From an uncultured Bacteroidales bacterium (GTDB lineage Bacteria; Bacteroidota; Bacteroidia; Bacteroidales; UBA932), in assembly GCA_946538425.1 (NCBI GenBank), contig CAMNGM010000001.1:1-61043 (forward strand): a DNA stretch of 61,043 bases, in the 5' to 3' direction. Shown here piece after piece: positions 35,653-49,048 of the stretch. The position numbers and the translations under genes were made by a program. Position 1 is the first letter of the stretch. Every line of letters begins with the position of its first letter. The notes below the pieces were generated by a model. That model was not told where the DNA came from, ran no database searches, and saw only the letters and a list, made by a program, of their open reading frames with translations.

Positions 35653-38600
35653 ATGACCAGGCAATTTTTTGCAAGAATGGCCGCCGCTGTGATGATCGTC
35701 GCAGCGGGCCTCCTGGGAACGGTTGCGACCGCCCAGAACCGCGCCATCAGCGGAACGGTTGTCGATGAGAGCGGCGCTCCGATCATCGGAGCCGCCGTCG
35801 TCGTCGTAGGCAACTCGTCCATTGGTGCCGTTACTGACGTGAACGGAGTTTTCCGTCTCAATGTCCCGGCTGGCGCCAACATCAACGTGTCCTGCATCGG
35901 TTATGCCGACCAGACCGTTGCCATTGGCAACCAGACCACCTTCCGCTTCGTCCTTGCGGAGAACACCGAATTCCTGGACGAGACCGTCGTCATCGGTTAT
36001 GGTGTCCAGAAGAAGAGCGACCTCACGGGCGCCGTCGCTTCCGTGGGTGCGGATGACATCAAGAACCTTTCCGTCAATGACGCCGCCGCCGCCCTGCAGG
36101 GTAAGGCCGCCGGTGTCCACGTCATGACGAACGGTTCCCCGGGCTCCGGCGCCGAGATTCGCGTCCGTGGTTATTCCTCCAACACCACCGATGCCTCCAA
36201 GGTCGCTCCGCTGTATATCGTGGACGGCCTTCAGGTTTCCAGCATCCAGTATCTGGATCCTTCCATGATCCAGTCCATCGAGATCCTGAAGGATGCCGCC
36301 TCCGCCGCCATCTACGGCGCCCAGGCTGGTAACGGTGTCGTCCTTGTCACGACCAAGAGCGGTTCCGAAGGCACCGCCAGCGTGAACTACACGGCCAAGG
36401 CCACCCTCCAGAACTTCCACAAGCGTCCGCAGATGAACCGCGAGCAGATGCTCCGCTATGTCGAATATGAATATGGCAAGGACTATGTCGATAATTACCT
36501 CCGAGACTTCGACAAGCCCAATGCCGATTATCCGAACGGCGTCATCGACACCGACTGGATCTCCGCCTATCTCGAGCCCAGCTGGAGCCAGCAGCATTCC
36601 CTGAGCTTCTCCGGCGGTAACAAGAACGGCCACTTCTTCACCGCTTTAAACTATGTGAACCAGAACGGTATCGTCAAGGGCGACAAGGATGTCTACAAGA
36701 GACTCCAGGCTCAAGTCAACGCCGACTACCAGCTCTTCAAGTGGCTGCAGGTCGGTTCCAACAACTCCATCGAAAAGTGGTCCACCAAGAGCGTTTCCCA
36801 GCGTGGTTACTCCTCCTCCTTCGAGAACATGCTCACCCTGGATCCGCTGACCCCGGTTTACTGGAAGACTCCGGACGACATGCCCGCCGCTTTCCGCGAG
36901 ATGTACGACAACGTGCAGGCCGGCACGGCCGCCGCTCCTTACCGTTTCCTCGGTGACGAGAACGGCTTCTTCGCCAATACGCCTTACTCCGACGTGGAAG
37001 GCAGCCCGCTCGCCAAGCGCGACGCTTCCGAGGACTCCAACGGTGGTTTCAACATCAACGGAACCCTGTTCGCCAACATCATGCCTTTCAAGGGCTTCAC
37101 CTTCACTTCCCGCCTGGGTTACCGCCTCAGCCAGAGCGCGAGCCACTCCTACACCGCTCCTTATTATATCGGTCGTGGTTCCAAGGACAATTATTCCATC
37201 AGTGCTACGGCCAGCACCGGCTGGTACTATCAGTGGGAGAACTTCGCGAACTACCTCTTCAACATCGGTAAGAACAACTTCACGGTCATGGCCGGTATGT
37301 CCTATCGCGAGAACAATTCCGACAGCGTCCGCGGCTGGGCAGATGGTGAGACCGGCGTAGAGATCCTGAATTCCCTGGAGGATCAGTTCCACTATCTGAG
37401 CTATGTCAAGGGTGACGTCACCAAGAAGTTCAGCAACGCCCCTGGCAAGTCCGCTTCCCTCGCATACTTCGGCCGCATCATCTGGAGCTATGACAACCGT
37501 TACAGCCTCCAGGCCAACTTCCGCGCCGATGCGTTCGACTCTTCCAAGCTCCCGAAGAACAACCGCTGGGGTTATTTCCCGTCCTTCTCCGCCGGCTGGA
37601 CCGTCAGCAACGAGCGCTTCTTCAAGGACAACCTGGACAACAACATCTTCAATTTCCTGAAGTTCCGTGCTTCCTGGGGTCGTAACGGTAACATCGCCGT
37701 CCTCGGTGGCTATAGCTATGATACCACCCTTTCCGTGGGTAACAACTGGTATCAGTACCACGTGGACCAGATTGGTTCCACCAACTCCTCCGCTCCGAAC
37801 CTCGGCGGCGGCCTGCCCAACCCGAACCTGACTTGGGAAACCTCCGAGCAGCTCGACCTCGGTCTCAACGCGCGTTTCTTCAACAACCGCCTGACCTTCG
37901 ACGTCGACTACTACAACAAGCAGACGAAGGACCTCATCTTCAAGATTGACACGCCTACCGAACTGGGTGCCTCCACCTCCACCGTGAACGGCGGTAAGGT
38001 CCTGAACACGGGTTGGGAATTCGAGCTGGGCTGGAGAGACACCATCGGTGACTTCAGCTATGGCATCAACGGTAACTTCTCCACCCTGCGCAACGAGGTG
38101 CTTGAGCTGGCCGCCCGTGCCGGCCGTATCACCAATGCGGATGCGAGCTCCACGAACTACAAGATCATGACCGCCTTCGAAAACGGCTATCCGATCTGGT
38201 ATCTCCTCGGTTGGGACTATCGCGGCATGGATGCCAATGGCGTCCCGCAGTTCATGGGCGCTGACGGCAACCTCACCGCGGAGCCGACCACGAGCGACAT
38301 GACCTACATCGGCAAGGGCACCCCGTCCTTCACCTACGGCTTGAACTTCAACATGGCCTGGAAGGGCTTCGACTTCACCCTGTACGGCGCTGGCGTGGGC
38401 GGCAACTCCATCCTGCCGGTCCTCCACCGCACCGGTTTCAAGAATGGCCTGAAGGTGTACCTGGACGGCTATGAGAATGGTACGATGCCGAACCCCAAGA
38501 CGATCCTCTCGTTCGACCATCCTTTCTGGTCCTCCTCGGGTAACCTCTTCAAGGGCGACTTCTTCCGCATCAAGCAGATGCAGTTCGGCTACACCCTGCC

Positions 38601-38796
38601 GCGCAACATCACCCGGAAGATCATGATCAGCAACCTCCGCTTCTACGTCTCGCTTGACGACTACTTCACCTTCACCAGCTATCCGGGCCTGGATCCGGAG
38701 ACGGCTTCCACCAACAACACGTCCGGTGCCGGTCTCGACTGGGGTTCCTATCCTACCATGCAGAAGGTGGTTTTCGGTGTTAACCTGACTTTCTAA
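35653..38796 (+). CDS. susC: SusC/RagA TonB-dependent outer membrane transporter (PUL-B)
   Basis: Start MTRQFF; VVIGYGVQKKSDLTGAV; EILKDAASAAIYGAQAGNGVVLVTTK; RWGYFPSFS; NPNLTWE; YPGLDPE; ends GVNLTF. Confidence 0.96.
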   Translation: MTRQFFARMAAAVMIVAAGLLGTVATAQNRAISGTVVDESGAPIIGAAVVVVGNSSIGAVTDVNGVFRLNVPAGANINVSCIGYADQTVAIGNQTTFRFVLAENTEFLDETVVIGYGVQKKSDLTGAVASVGADDIKNLSVNDAAAALQGKAAGVHVMTNGSPGSGAEIRVRGYSSNTTDASKVAPLYIVDGLQVSSIQYLDPSMIQSIEILKDAASAAIYGAQAGNGVVLVTTKSGSEGTASVNYTAKATLQNFHKRPQMNREQMLRYVEYEYGKDYVDNYLRDFDKPNADYPNGVIDTDWISAYLEPSWSQQHSLSFSGGNKNGHFFTALNYVNQNGIVKGDKDVYKRLQAQVNADYQLFKWLQVGSNNSIEKWSTKSVSQRGYSSSFENMLTLDPLTPVYWKTPDDMPAAFREMYDNVQAGTAAAPYRFLGDENGFFANTPYSDVEGSPLAKRDASEDSNGGFNINGTLFANIMPFKGFTFTSRLGYRLSQSASHSYTAPYYIGRGSKDNYSISATASTGWYYQWENFANYLFNIGKNNFTVMAGMSYRENNSDSVRGWADGETGVEILNSLEDQFHYLSYVKGDVTKKFSNAPGKSASLAYFGRIIWSYDNRYSLQANFRADAFDSSKLPKNNRWGYFPSFSAGWTVSNERFFKDNLDNNIFNFLKFRASWGRNGNIAVLGGYSYDTTLSVGNNWYQYHVDQIGSTNSSAPNLGGGLPNPNLTWETSEQLDLGLNARFFNNRLTFDVDYYNKQTKDLIFKIDTPTELGASTSTVNGGKVLNTGWEFELGWRDTIGDFSYGINGNFSTLRNEVLELAARAGRITNADASSTNYKIMTAFENGYPIWYLLGWDYRGMDANGVPQFMGADGNLTAEPTTSDMTYIGKGTPSFTYGLNFNMAWKGFDFTLYGAGVGGNSILPVLHRTGFKNGLKVYLDGYENGTMPNPKTILSFDHPFWSSSGNLFKGDFFRIKQMQFGYTLPRNITRKIMISNLRFYVSLDDYFTFTSYPGLDPETASTNNTSGAGLDWGSYPTMQKVVFGVNLTF

Positions 38797-38808
38797 ATGC
38801 TTTCTACC

Positions 38809-40617
38809 ATGAAAAAGATTATCATCCCTATACTGTTCGTGATTGCGCTGGCTGCCACTTCCTGCGAGAAACGCCTGGATATCCCCCAGAAGGGTGTCAT
38901 CAGCTACAGCAACTTCTTCAAGTCTGACGCCGACGCCCAGGCCGCCCGTACCAATATGTATGCTTCCTTTTGTGACAATGTGGCTTCCTGCAGCGGCGGT
39001 TGGATCTACGTCCCGGAACTGATGATCCTCAACTATTCGGCCGACGATGTCCTCGCTGCGGGCGGTGATGCCGAAGACCACGGTGGTTTCCGCGTCTTCT
39101 GCGAATTCCGCTATTCCGAACGTGACGGTGCCATCAAGACCCTGTATAACCACTACGCCAACGTCATTTACGCGTGCAACTTCATCATTTCCAACTTCTC
39201 GAACGAGAATCGCAACGGTGTCGAGCCTCAATTCTCGAGCGCCTTCACCAAGCAGTGCGTGGAAGAGGCCCGCGTCATGCGCGCATACTGCCATATGATG
39301 ATGGCCCTTACCTGGAACCGTCCGAACATCGTGGACCGTATCCTCGAAGGTGACGAGCTTCCGACCCAGGCCGAGAGCCAGGACCAGGTCCTCAAGTGGG
39401 TCATCGCCGAGTGCGAAAAGGCCATCTCTTCCGGTTCCCTCGTCGAGCGGTCCAGCACGAGCGACAAGGATGCCACCGCGATCATGACCAAGGGCTTCGC
39501 CCAGTTCGTCGCCGGTAAGGCCGCTATGTTCGATAACGACCCGACCACCGCCCGCAAGTATCTCGGCGACTTGATCAACTCCGGAAAGTACGCCCTCGTC
39601 AAGTCCGAGGACTACTGGACGAACTTCCACATTGACGGCGACGGCAACTCCGAGAAGATCTTCGAGCCCAACTACATCGCCGATCCTGCGTATACCAGCA
39701 CGGCCCGCGGCCGTTGGATGACCGCCGACGTTCTCTGCTGGCGTACCGACGCCCTCGCCTCCACTCCGACCGTCTGCGCCGACCTTCCGGGTGTCGGTGG
39801 CGGCTGGAATGGCGGCGCCATCCAGGAAGACTTCGCGAAGAAGTTCCTGGAGCACGACGGCAATTCCCCTCGTCGTCGGGCCACCTTCCTCACCGCGGAC
39901 GAGTTCCTTTATGAGATGGATTGGACCGGTTCCAAAGTGAATGACGGCACGCTCGATCAGAAGAAGGCAGATGACGCCCGCGGTATCCGTTCTGCAAAGG
40001 GTGTTTACAGCCACGGCCCTTATTTCGAGTGGAAGATGATGGTTTACCACAACCCGCCGAAGATTCTCACGGGTGGAAAGGAAGGCTATCACGCTGACAA
40101 TGTGCCCGCCTCGGGTGCGAACTCCAACCAGAAGAACTATGCGGTCGCCCGTTATGCGGAAGCCCTCCTGCTCTATGCCGAGGCCTGCATCGGTGCCGAC
40201 GAGGCCAACGGCCTGAAGGCCCTCAACGAGGTTCAGCGTCGTTCCGGTTCCGGTAAGATCAGCAGTAAGCTGACCTTCCAGGATGTGATGGATGAGAAGC
40301 AGTACGAACTCTGGTTCGAAAACTGCCGCTTCCACGATCTCGTCCGTTGGGCCGCGCAGGGCAAGGTGGACCTCAATGAGGTGTTCAACACCCGCTACGG
40401 TGGCATCCACGAGAAGATTCCTACGGTGTATGATGAGTTCTTCACGAAAGATGCGCCGGAGCATAAGCTCTACACGACCTATTCCGTGGCTCATTACAAC
40501 AAGTTCACGGTCGGTAAGAACGAGTACCTCCCGTTCCCGTACGACGTGAAGAACGGTAACCCGAACCTGCAGGATGTCCTCGGCTGGGCTTATCTGAATA
40601 AACCCGCTGCGGAATAA
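38809..40617 (+). CDS. susD: SusD/RagB glycan-binding lipoprotein (PUL-B)
   Basis: MKKIII..ATSC lipobox; EARVMRAY; RYAEALLLYAEA; ELWFENCRFHDLVRW; LPFP; NPNLQ. Confidence 0.95.
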   Translation: MKKIIIPILFVIALAATSCEKRLDIPQKGVISYSNFFKSDADAQAARTNMYASFCDNVASCSGGWIYVPELMILNYSADDVLAAGGDAEDHGGFRVFCEFRYSERDGAIKTLYNHYANVIYACNFIISNFSNENRNGVEPQFSSAFTKQCVEEARVMRAYCHMMMALTWNRPNIVDRILEGDELPTQAESQDQVLKWVIAECEKAISSGSLVERSSTSDKDATAIMTKGFAQFVAGKAAMFDNDPTTARKYLGDLINSGKYALVKSEDYWTNFHIDGDGNSEKIFEPNYIADPAYTSTARGRWMTADVLCWRTDALASTPTVCADLPGVGGGWNGGAIQEDFAKKFLEHDGNSPRRRATFLTADEFLYEMDWTGSKVNDGTLDQKKADDARGIRSAKGVYSHGPYFEWKMMVYHNPPKILTGGKEGYHADNVPASGANSNQKNYAVARYAEALLLYAEACIGADEANGLKALNEVQRRSGSGKISSKLTFQDVMDEKQYELWFENCRFHDLVRWAAQGKVDLNEVFNTRYGGIHEKIPTVYDEFFTKDAPEHKLYTTYSVAHYNKFTVGKNEYLPFPYDVKNGNPNLQDVLGWAYLNKPAAE

Positions 40618-43748
<3,131 letters not shown>

Positions 43749-43754
43749 ACGACC

Positions 43755-45113
43755 ATGAAGAGATTCATCCTCCCCCTCGCCGCGTTGCTGCTTTCCTGCG
43801 GCCTTTTCGCCCAGAACCCCGTCATCAAGGGTCTGTACAGCGCCGACCCCACCGCCCGCGTCTTCAACGGGAAAGTGTACCTCTTCCCTTCGCATGACAT
43901 CATCAGCCCGGTGGAGCCCGAACGCCGCTGGTTCTGCATGGAAGACTACCACGTCTTCTCCTCCGAGGACCTCGTGAACTGGACAGACCACGGCGTGATC
44001 CTGGACCAGAAAGACGTGCCCTGGGGCAATCCTGAGGGATATTCGATGTGGGCGCCCGACTGCGTCGAGAAGGACGGCAAGTATTATTTCTATTTCCCGA
44101 ACGCCTCCAAGGTAGGCCGCGGCTTCGCCGTGGGCGTGGCCATTGCCGACCGCCCCGAGGGACCGTATGTTCCGCAGCCGGAGCCCATCGAGGGCATCAA
44201 TGGTATCGATCCCTGCGTGCTTCAGGCCTCCGACGGCAACGCTTACATCTTCTGGGGCAACGGCCGCTGCGCCAAGCTCGATCCCAGCATGACGAAACTC
44301 GCCGACGACAACCCCAAGACCACGATGAAGTGGGGCAACCGCGAGATGGAGATGGTGGGTGTCAACTGCCTCCAGGGCCTGCCCAGCCGGCAGGCCGAGG
44401 GCCCCTTCGCCTTCGAAAAGGACGGCAACTTCTACCTTACCTATCCGTATGTGAAGGAGAACACCGAGGTGCTCGCCTATGCGATGAGCAAGAGCCCGAT
44501 GGGCCCCTACGAGTACAAGGGCATCATCATGGAGCGTTCCCAGAACGAGTGCTGGACGAACCATCATTCCATCGTGGAGTACAAGGGCCAGTGGTACCTG
44601 TTCTATCATCACAATGACTATTCTCCGAACTTCGACAAGAACCGTTCGGTGCGCATCGACAAGATCTCCTTCCTCCCGGACGGCACCATCGAGCAGGTCA
44701 CCCCGACCCTCCGCGGCGTGGGTGAGACCAAGGCCACGGACCACATCCAGATGGACCGCTACAGCGCCGTTTACCACTATGGCATCTATGACGACCTGCT
44801 GGATGCGGCGAACCCCTTCGAGGGCTTCTACATCCATTTCGCCCGCGGGAACACCTGGGTCCGCTACGATGAGATCAACTTCGGCGAAATCGCTCCGACG
44901 AAGGCCATCTTCCGCATCCGCAGCGCCGCTCCGGCCAAGGTGTCTTTCCAGACCCGGGACGAGAAGATCGTCGGGACCTTCGACCTTCCGGCTTCCAAGG
45001 ACTGGAAGGAAGTGAAGCTTCCGTTCGAAACCCCGCTCACGGGCATGCAGAACATCAAACTCATTGTGGACGAAGGCAAGGACCTCGACGTAGACTGGAT
45101 TTCCTTCGAATAG
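43755..45113 (+). CDS. GH43 + C-terminal CBM6 (xylosidase/arabinofuranosidase)
   Basis: ADPTARVFNGKVYLFPSHD, WAPD, IDP, EGP, TNHHSIVEYKGQWYLFYH; CBM6-like tail (WVRYDEINFG..VDWISF). Confidence 0.88.
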   Translation: MKRFILPLAALLLSCGLFAQNPVIKGLYSADPTARVFNGKVYLFPSHDIISPVEPERRWFCMEDYHVFSSEDLVNWTDHGVILDQKDVPWGNPEGYSMWAPDCVEKDGKYYFYFPNASKVGRGFAVGVAIADRPEGPYVPQPEPIEGINGIDPCVLQASDGNAYIFWGNGRCAKLDPSMTKLADDNPKTTMKWGNREMEMVGVNCLQGLPSRQAEGPFAFEKDGNFYLTYPYVKENTEVLAYAMSKSPMGPYEYKGIIMERSQNECWTNHHSIVEYKGQWYLFYHHNDYSPNFDKNRSVRIDKISFLPDGTIEQVTPTLRGVGETKATDHIQMDRYSAVYHYGIYDDLLDAANPFEGFYIHFARGNTWVRYDEINFGEIAPTKAIFRIRSAAPAKVSFQTRDEKIVGTFDLPASKDWKEVKLPFETPLTGMQNIKLIVDEGKDLDVDWISFE

Positions 45114-45122
45114 TACAGGACT

Positions 45123-46784
45123 ATGAATCGACTTCTACCAGCTCTGGCTATGGGCCTGGCGCTCGTGGCTTGTAAGCCGGCCGTTTCTCCCGGGGTGGCC
45201 GTCTTCGAGAGTTTCCGGTACGAGGGCAGGGACGCCGTCTACCAGGCGCATCCCCTGTCCGGGAAGGATGTGGTGTACAACCCCATCCTGCCGGGCTGGT
45301 ATTCCGATCCGAGCATCTGCACCAACGGTGAGGGAGACTATTTCCTGGTCACGTCCACCTTCAGCTATTTTCCGGGCGTCCCGATCTTCCACAGCCGCGA
45401 CCTGGTGAACTGGAAGCAGGTCGGCCACGTGCTGGACCGCCCGTCGCAGCTGACGGGCCTCGGCCGCCAGCGCACGAGCGGCGGCATCTACGCCCCGGAC
45501 ATCAAGTACAACCCGGCGAACCGGACGTACTATATGATCACCACGAACGTGGGCACGGGCAATTTCCTCGTCAAGACGCAGGACCCTTTCGGCGCCTGGT
45601 CGGAGCCGATCCTGCTTCCGCAGGTGCAGGGCATCGACCCGTCCCTGCTCTTCGACGAGGATGGCAGGGCCTACATCGTGAACAACGACGAGGCGCCGGG
45701 CGGCAAGCCCGAGTATGACGGCCACCGCACGATCCGCATCGTGGAATACGACGTGAAGAACGACTGCACGATCGGCGAGCGGAAAATCATCGTGGACAAG
45801 GGCGTGGACCCGGCCGCGAAGCCCATCTGGATCGAGGGGCCGCACCTGTACAAGATCGACGGGAAGTATTACCTGATGTGCGCGGAAGGCGGCACTTCGG
45901 ACCAGCATTCGGAGGTGGTTTTCCGGGCCGACACCCCGATGGGGGAGTACAAGCCCTGGAACCGGAATCCCATCCTGACGCAGCGCCATCTCGCGGCCGA
46001 CCGGCCGGATCCGGTCACCTGCACGGGCCACGCGGACCTCGTACGGACTCCGGAAGGGGCGTGGTGGGGCGTTTTCCTGGGCTGCAGACCTGTCAAGGGC
46101 GGTTTCGAGAACCTCGGCCGCGAGACGTTCCTGATGCCCGTGCGTTGGTCCGAAGACGGTTTCCCGTACTTCCTGGAAGGGGAGGAGACGGTTCCTTTCC
46201 TCGTCCGAGTCCCCGGCACCCGGGTGGAGGGAACGCCCACCTTCGGCAACTTTGTCGTGGAAGATTCCTTTGCGGGTGACCGGATGGACTTGGCGTGGAT
46301 GACGCTCCGCGGTCCCGCGGACGGGCTCTATGCCTTGAAGGGCGGGGCGCTGGAACTGACCTGTTCCCCGATGCGCGCCACCCGGTTCGAGACGCCGGCC
46401 CTTTTCCTGCGCCGCCTGCAGCACCACGCTTTCTCCGCCTCCACGCGGATGCGCTTCGCCCCGGAGGGGAGCGAGGCCGCGGGCCTGCTTCTGTACAAGG
46501 ACGAGCGGCACCAGTATTTCCTGAAAGTGTGCCTCGTGGACGGGGCGCCGGCCATCGCCCTCGAGCGCTGCGGCGAAACCCTTTCCAGGGAGGCGCTCCC
46601 GGAGTCCTTCAGCACCGTGGACCTGTGCATCGCCTCCGACGACGGGCGAACGTTCCGTTTCGGGTATGCGGTGGACGGCCGGGCGATGCGCACGCTTGTC
46701 GCGAATGTCGATGCCTCTTACCTATCTACGGCCGTCGCGGGCGGTTTCACCGGAACCACCGTCGGGCCTTATGCCGTGAAATGA
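45123..46784 (+). CDS. GH43 with C-terminal beta-sandwich (GH43_12-like alpha-L-arabinofuranosidase/beta-xylosidase), lipoprotein
   Basis: NPILPGWYSDPSI, STFSYFPGVPIFHSRDLVNW, GIDPS, WIEGPHLYK, AEGGT, GHADLV, LGRETFL, GGFTG. Confidence 0.9.
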   Translation: MNRLLPALAMGLALVACKPAVSPGVAVFESFRYEGRDAVYQAHPLSGKDVVYNPILPGWYSDPSICTNGEGDYFLVTSTFSYFPGVPIFHSRDLVNWKQVGHVLDRPSQLTGLGRQRTSGGIYAPDIKYNPANRTYYMITTNVGTGNFLVKTQDPFGAWSEPILLPQVQGIDPSLLFDEDGRAYIVNNDEAPGGKPEYDGHRTIRIVEYDVKNDCTIGERKIIVDKGVDPAAKPIWIEGPHLYKIDGKYYLMCAEGGTSDQHSEVVFRADTPMGEYKPWNRNPILTQRHLAADRPDPVTCTGHADLVRTPEGAWWGVFLGCRPVKGGFENLGRETFLMPVRWSEDGFPYFLEGEETVPFLVRVPGTRVEGTPTFGNFVVEDSFAGDRMDLAWMTLRGPADGLYALKGGALELTCSPMRATRFETPALFLRRLQHHAFSASTRMRFAPEGSEAAGLLLYKDERHQYFLKVCLVDGAPAIALERCGETLSREALPESFSTVDLCIASDDGRTFRFGYAVDGRAMRTLVANVDASYLSTAVAGGFTGTTVGPYAVK

Positions 46785-46813
46785 TAATACCAAAACACTC
46801 TAATTTATACCTC

Positions 46814-47599
46814 ATGAAAAAAGTACTTTTGACTTTGGCGGCCTTCGCCGGCGCTCTGTGCCTGAATGCGCAGAATGCCGACGAACCGGTCTACGCCGAC
46901 TCCTCGACCAACCTCGAGAAGTACATGGTCCCCGCCACCGGGGATTTCGCCACCCCCGACAAGGATGGCTTCCTGGGCCGTTGGCTGCTGCTGGACCCCA
47001 TCAGCAAGCCCAACCGCAGCAACACCGTCTTCACCGACAGCTACATCCGTGAGGTGTTCGCCGTCCCGTATTTCAAGGGACAGCGCGAAGACGTCCTTCC
47101 CAAGGACGGTTCCAAGGTGAAGGTGACCGTCGAGTACCAGCCGCCCGTGGATATGACCGCCGGCCGTCCCCGTATGCGCTTCGACGAGCCTGTCGTCTAT
47201 GAGAAGAAGGTCAAGAAGCTCCAGTGGCACGCCTTCGACAGCCAGCGCTACAACGTGAAGCTCTTCCGCTTCGCGACGAACCTCACCGAGGACCGTTACG
47301 GCGTCATCTTCTGGGCCGTGACCGTGGTGAACTGCCCGGAGGACATTCCGAATGTCCGCATGTCCGTCGGCTCCAACTCCGCTTCGATGTGGTGGGTGAA
47401 CGGCGAAGAGGCCGTCATCCTGTCCGGCGACCGCCGGATGGTGGCGGACGACGTCGCCTCCGAGCGCCTCACCCTCAAGAAAGGCCGCAACGTGATCTGG
47501 GGCGCCGTCATCAACGGCCCCGGCATGAGCGACTTCTGCGTCCGCTTCATCGACGAGGCGGGCAACCCGGTCAAGAACATCACCCTCAGCACGAAATAA
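46814..47599 (+). CDS. Secreted conserved hypothetical protein (261 aa, beta-rich) coupled to the downstream GH43
   Basis: True start MKKVLL at 46814 with signal peptide; host-like codon usage; GFLGRWLLLDPI, GSNSASMWWVNG, LKKGRN; 3 nt before the next gene. Confidence 0.75.
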   Translation: MKKVLLTLAAFAGALCLNAQNADEPVYADSSTNLEKYMVPATGDFATPDKDGFLGRWLLLDPISKPNRSNTVFTDSYIREVFAVPYFKGQREDVLPKDGSKVKVTVEYQPPVDMTAGRPRMRFDEPVVYEKKVKKLQWHAFDSQRYNVKLFRFATNLTEDRYGVIFWAVTVVNCPEDIPNVRMSVGSNSASMWWVNGEEAVILSGDRRMVADDVASERLTLKKGRNVIWGAVINGPGMSDFCVRFIDEAGNPVKNITLSTK

Positions 47600-47602
47600 G
47601 CC

Positions 47603-49045
47603 ATGAAAAAGAATATCCTTCTCGCGGGCATTCTTGCCCTGGCCTGTGTCTCCGCAGCCGCCCAGGTGGGCGCTCCCTACATCCACGACCCGTCCACGAT
47701 CCAGTTCTGTGACGGTAAGTATTACACCTTCGGCACCGGTGGCGGCGGCCTGATGTCCGCCGACGGCTGGACCTGGGAAAGCGGCGCGGTCCGTCCCGGC
47801 GGCGGCGCGGCCCCGGACGCCATCAAGATCGGTGACCGGTACCTCGTGGGCTACAGCGCCACGGGCGGCGGTCTCGGCGGCGGTCACGCCGGCCGGATCC
47901 TCACGATGTGGAACAAGACCCTGGACCCGAATTCCCCGGACTTCGCCTATACCGAGCCCATCGAAGTGGCGCATTCGGAGGTGGATGAAGACTGCGACGC
48001 CATCGACATCGGCCTCCTGATGGATCCCGACGGCCGCCTGTTCTGCACCTACGGCACCTATTTCGGCAACATCCGGATGGTCGAGCTCGATCCCAAGACG
48101 GGTGCGCGTCTCCCCGGCAACAAGGCCGTGGACGTCGCCATCGACTGCGAGGCTTCCGTGATGATCTACAATGACGGCTGGTACTACCTGCTGGGCACCC
48201 ACGGCACCTGCTGCGACGGCGTGAACTCCACCTACAACATCGTGGTGGGCCGTTCCCGCAAGCCCACCGGCCCGTTCCTGGACAATATGGGCCGCGACAT
48301 GCTGCGCGGCGGTGGCAAGATGGTCGTCGCCGCCGACGAACGCCAGTTCGGCGCCGGCCACTTCGGCCGCTACATCGAAGAACCGGGCGTGGAGAAGATG
48401 TCCTTCCACTGGGAGGCCGACCTGGACCGCAGCGGCCGCAGCGTCCTCGCCATCCGTCCGATCCTGTGGAAGAACGGCTGGCCGGAAGCCGGCGAACTCT
48501 TCCAGGACGGCAACTACAAGATCCTGTCCCGCCGTCGCGGCTACGCGCTCGAGCTGACCGTGGACTTCGTCCGCGCCCAGGGCGGCATGCGCATGTTCGG
48601 TTTCGGCCGCGGCCAGGACCAGCCTGTCACCAAGCTCGAAGGCCAGAAGCTCGAGGAGGTCGCTCCCGACTGGCCTGCGGGTGACATCCCCGTGCGTATG
48701 AGCGACTACATGGCCCGTCCGCACCAGAAGTGGACGATCGAGGCTGTTCCCGAAGCGGGCGGTTTCCTCGGCGGCCCCTATGTCAAGATCGTGATCGAAG
48801 GCACCAACCGGGCCCTGGCGGCCGCTGAGGGCGCGACCCTCACCACCGTCGAGGAATTCACCGGCGCGGCGAACCAGCTCTGGCGCATCGACCAGCTCAT
48901 CGACGGAACCTACCGCATCATGCCCAAGGAGATCCCCGGCTGCGACCTGCCGCTCTGCCTCGTCTCCGTGGCTGACAGCACCCCCGGCCTTGCAAAATTC
49001 GACTTCGGGAACGATAATTGCAAGTGGGATCTGAAAAAGCATTGA
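47603..49045 (+). CDS. GH43 (arabinanase-like clade, possibly GH43_7) with C-terminal ricin-type/CBM13 domain
   Basis: YIHDPST, AAPD, DAID, YGTYFG, CEAS, GTCCDG..STYNIVVGRS, GHFG; QKW / NQLWRI / CKW ricin-like repeats. Confidence 0.82.
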   Translation: MKKNILLAGILALACVSAAAQVGAPYIHDPSTIQFCDGKYYTFGTGGGGLMSADGWTWESGAVRPGGGAAPDAIKIGDRYLVGYSATGGGLGGGHAGRILTMWNKTLDPNSPDFAYTEPIEVAHSEVDEDCDAIDIGLLMDPDGRLFCTYGTYFGNIRMVELDPKTGARLPGNKAVDVAIDCEASVMIYNDGWYYLLGTHGTCCDGVNSTYNIVVGRSRKPTGPFLDNMGRDMLRGGGKMVVAADERQFGAGHFGRYIEEPGVEKMSFHWEADLDRSGRSVLAIRPILWKNGWPEAGELFQDGNYKILSRRRGYALELTVDFVRAQGGMRMFGFGRGQDQPVTKLEGQKLEEVAPDWPAGDIPVRMSDYMARPHQKWTIEAVPEAGGFLGGPYVKIVIEGTNRALAAAEGATLTTVEEFTGAANQLWRIDQLIDGTYRIMPKEIPGCDLPLCLVSVADSTPGLAKFDFGNDNCKWDLKKH

Positions 49046-49048
49046 TCG

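Noticed and set aside
35653-40617. Distinct codon usage of susC/susD (more GGT, CGT, TCC) as evidence of horizontal transfer
   Set aside because: Both susCD pairs show it, and high-expression codon bias is the simpler explanation; not quantified.
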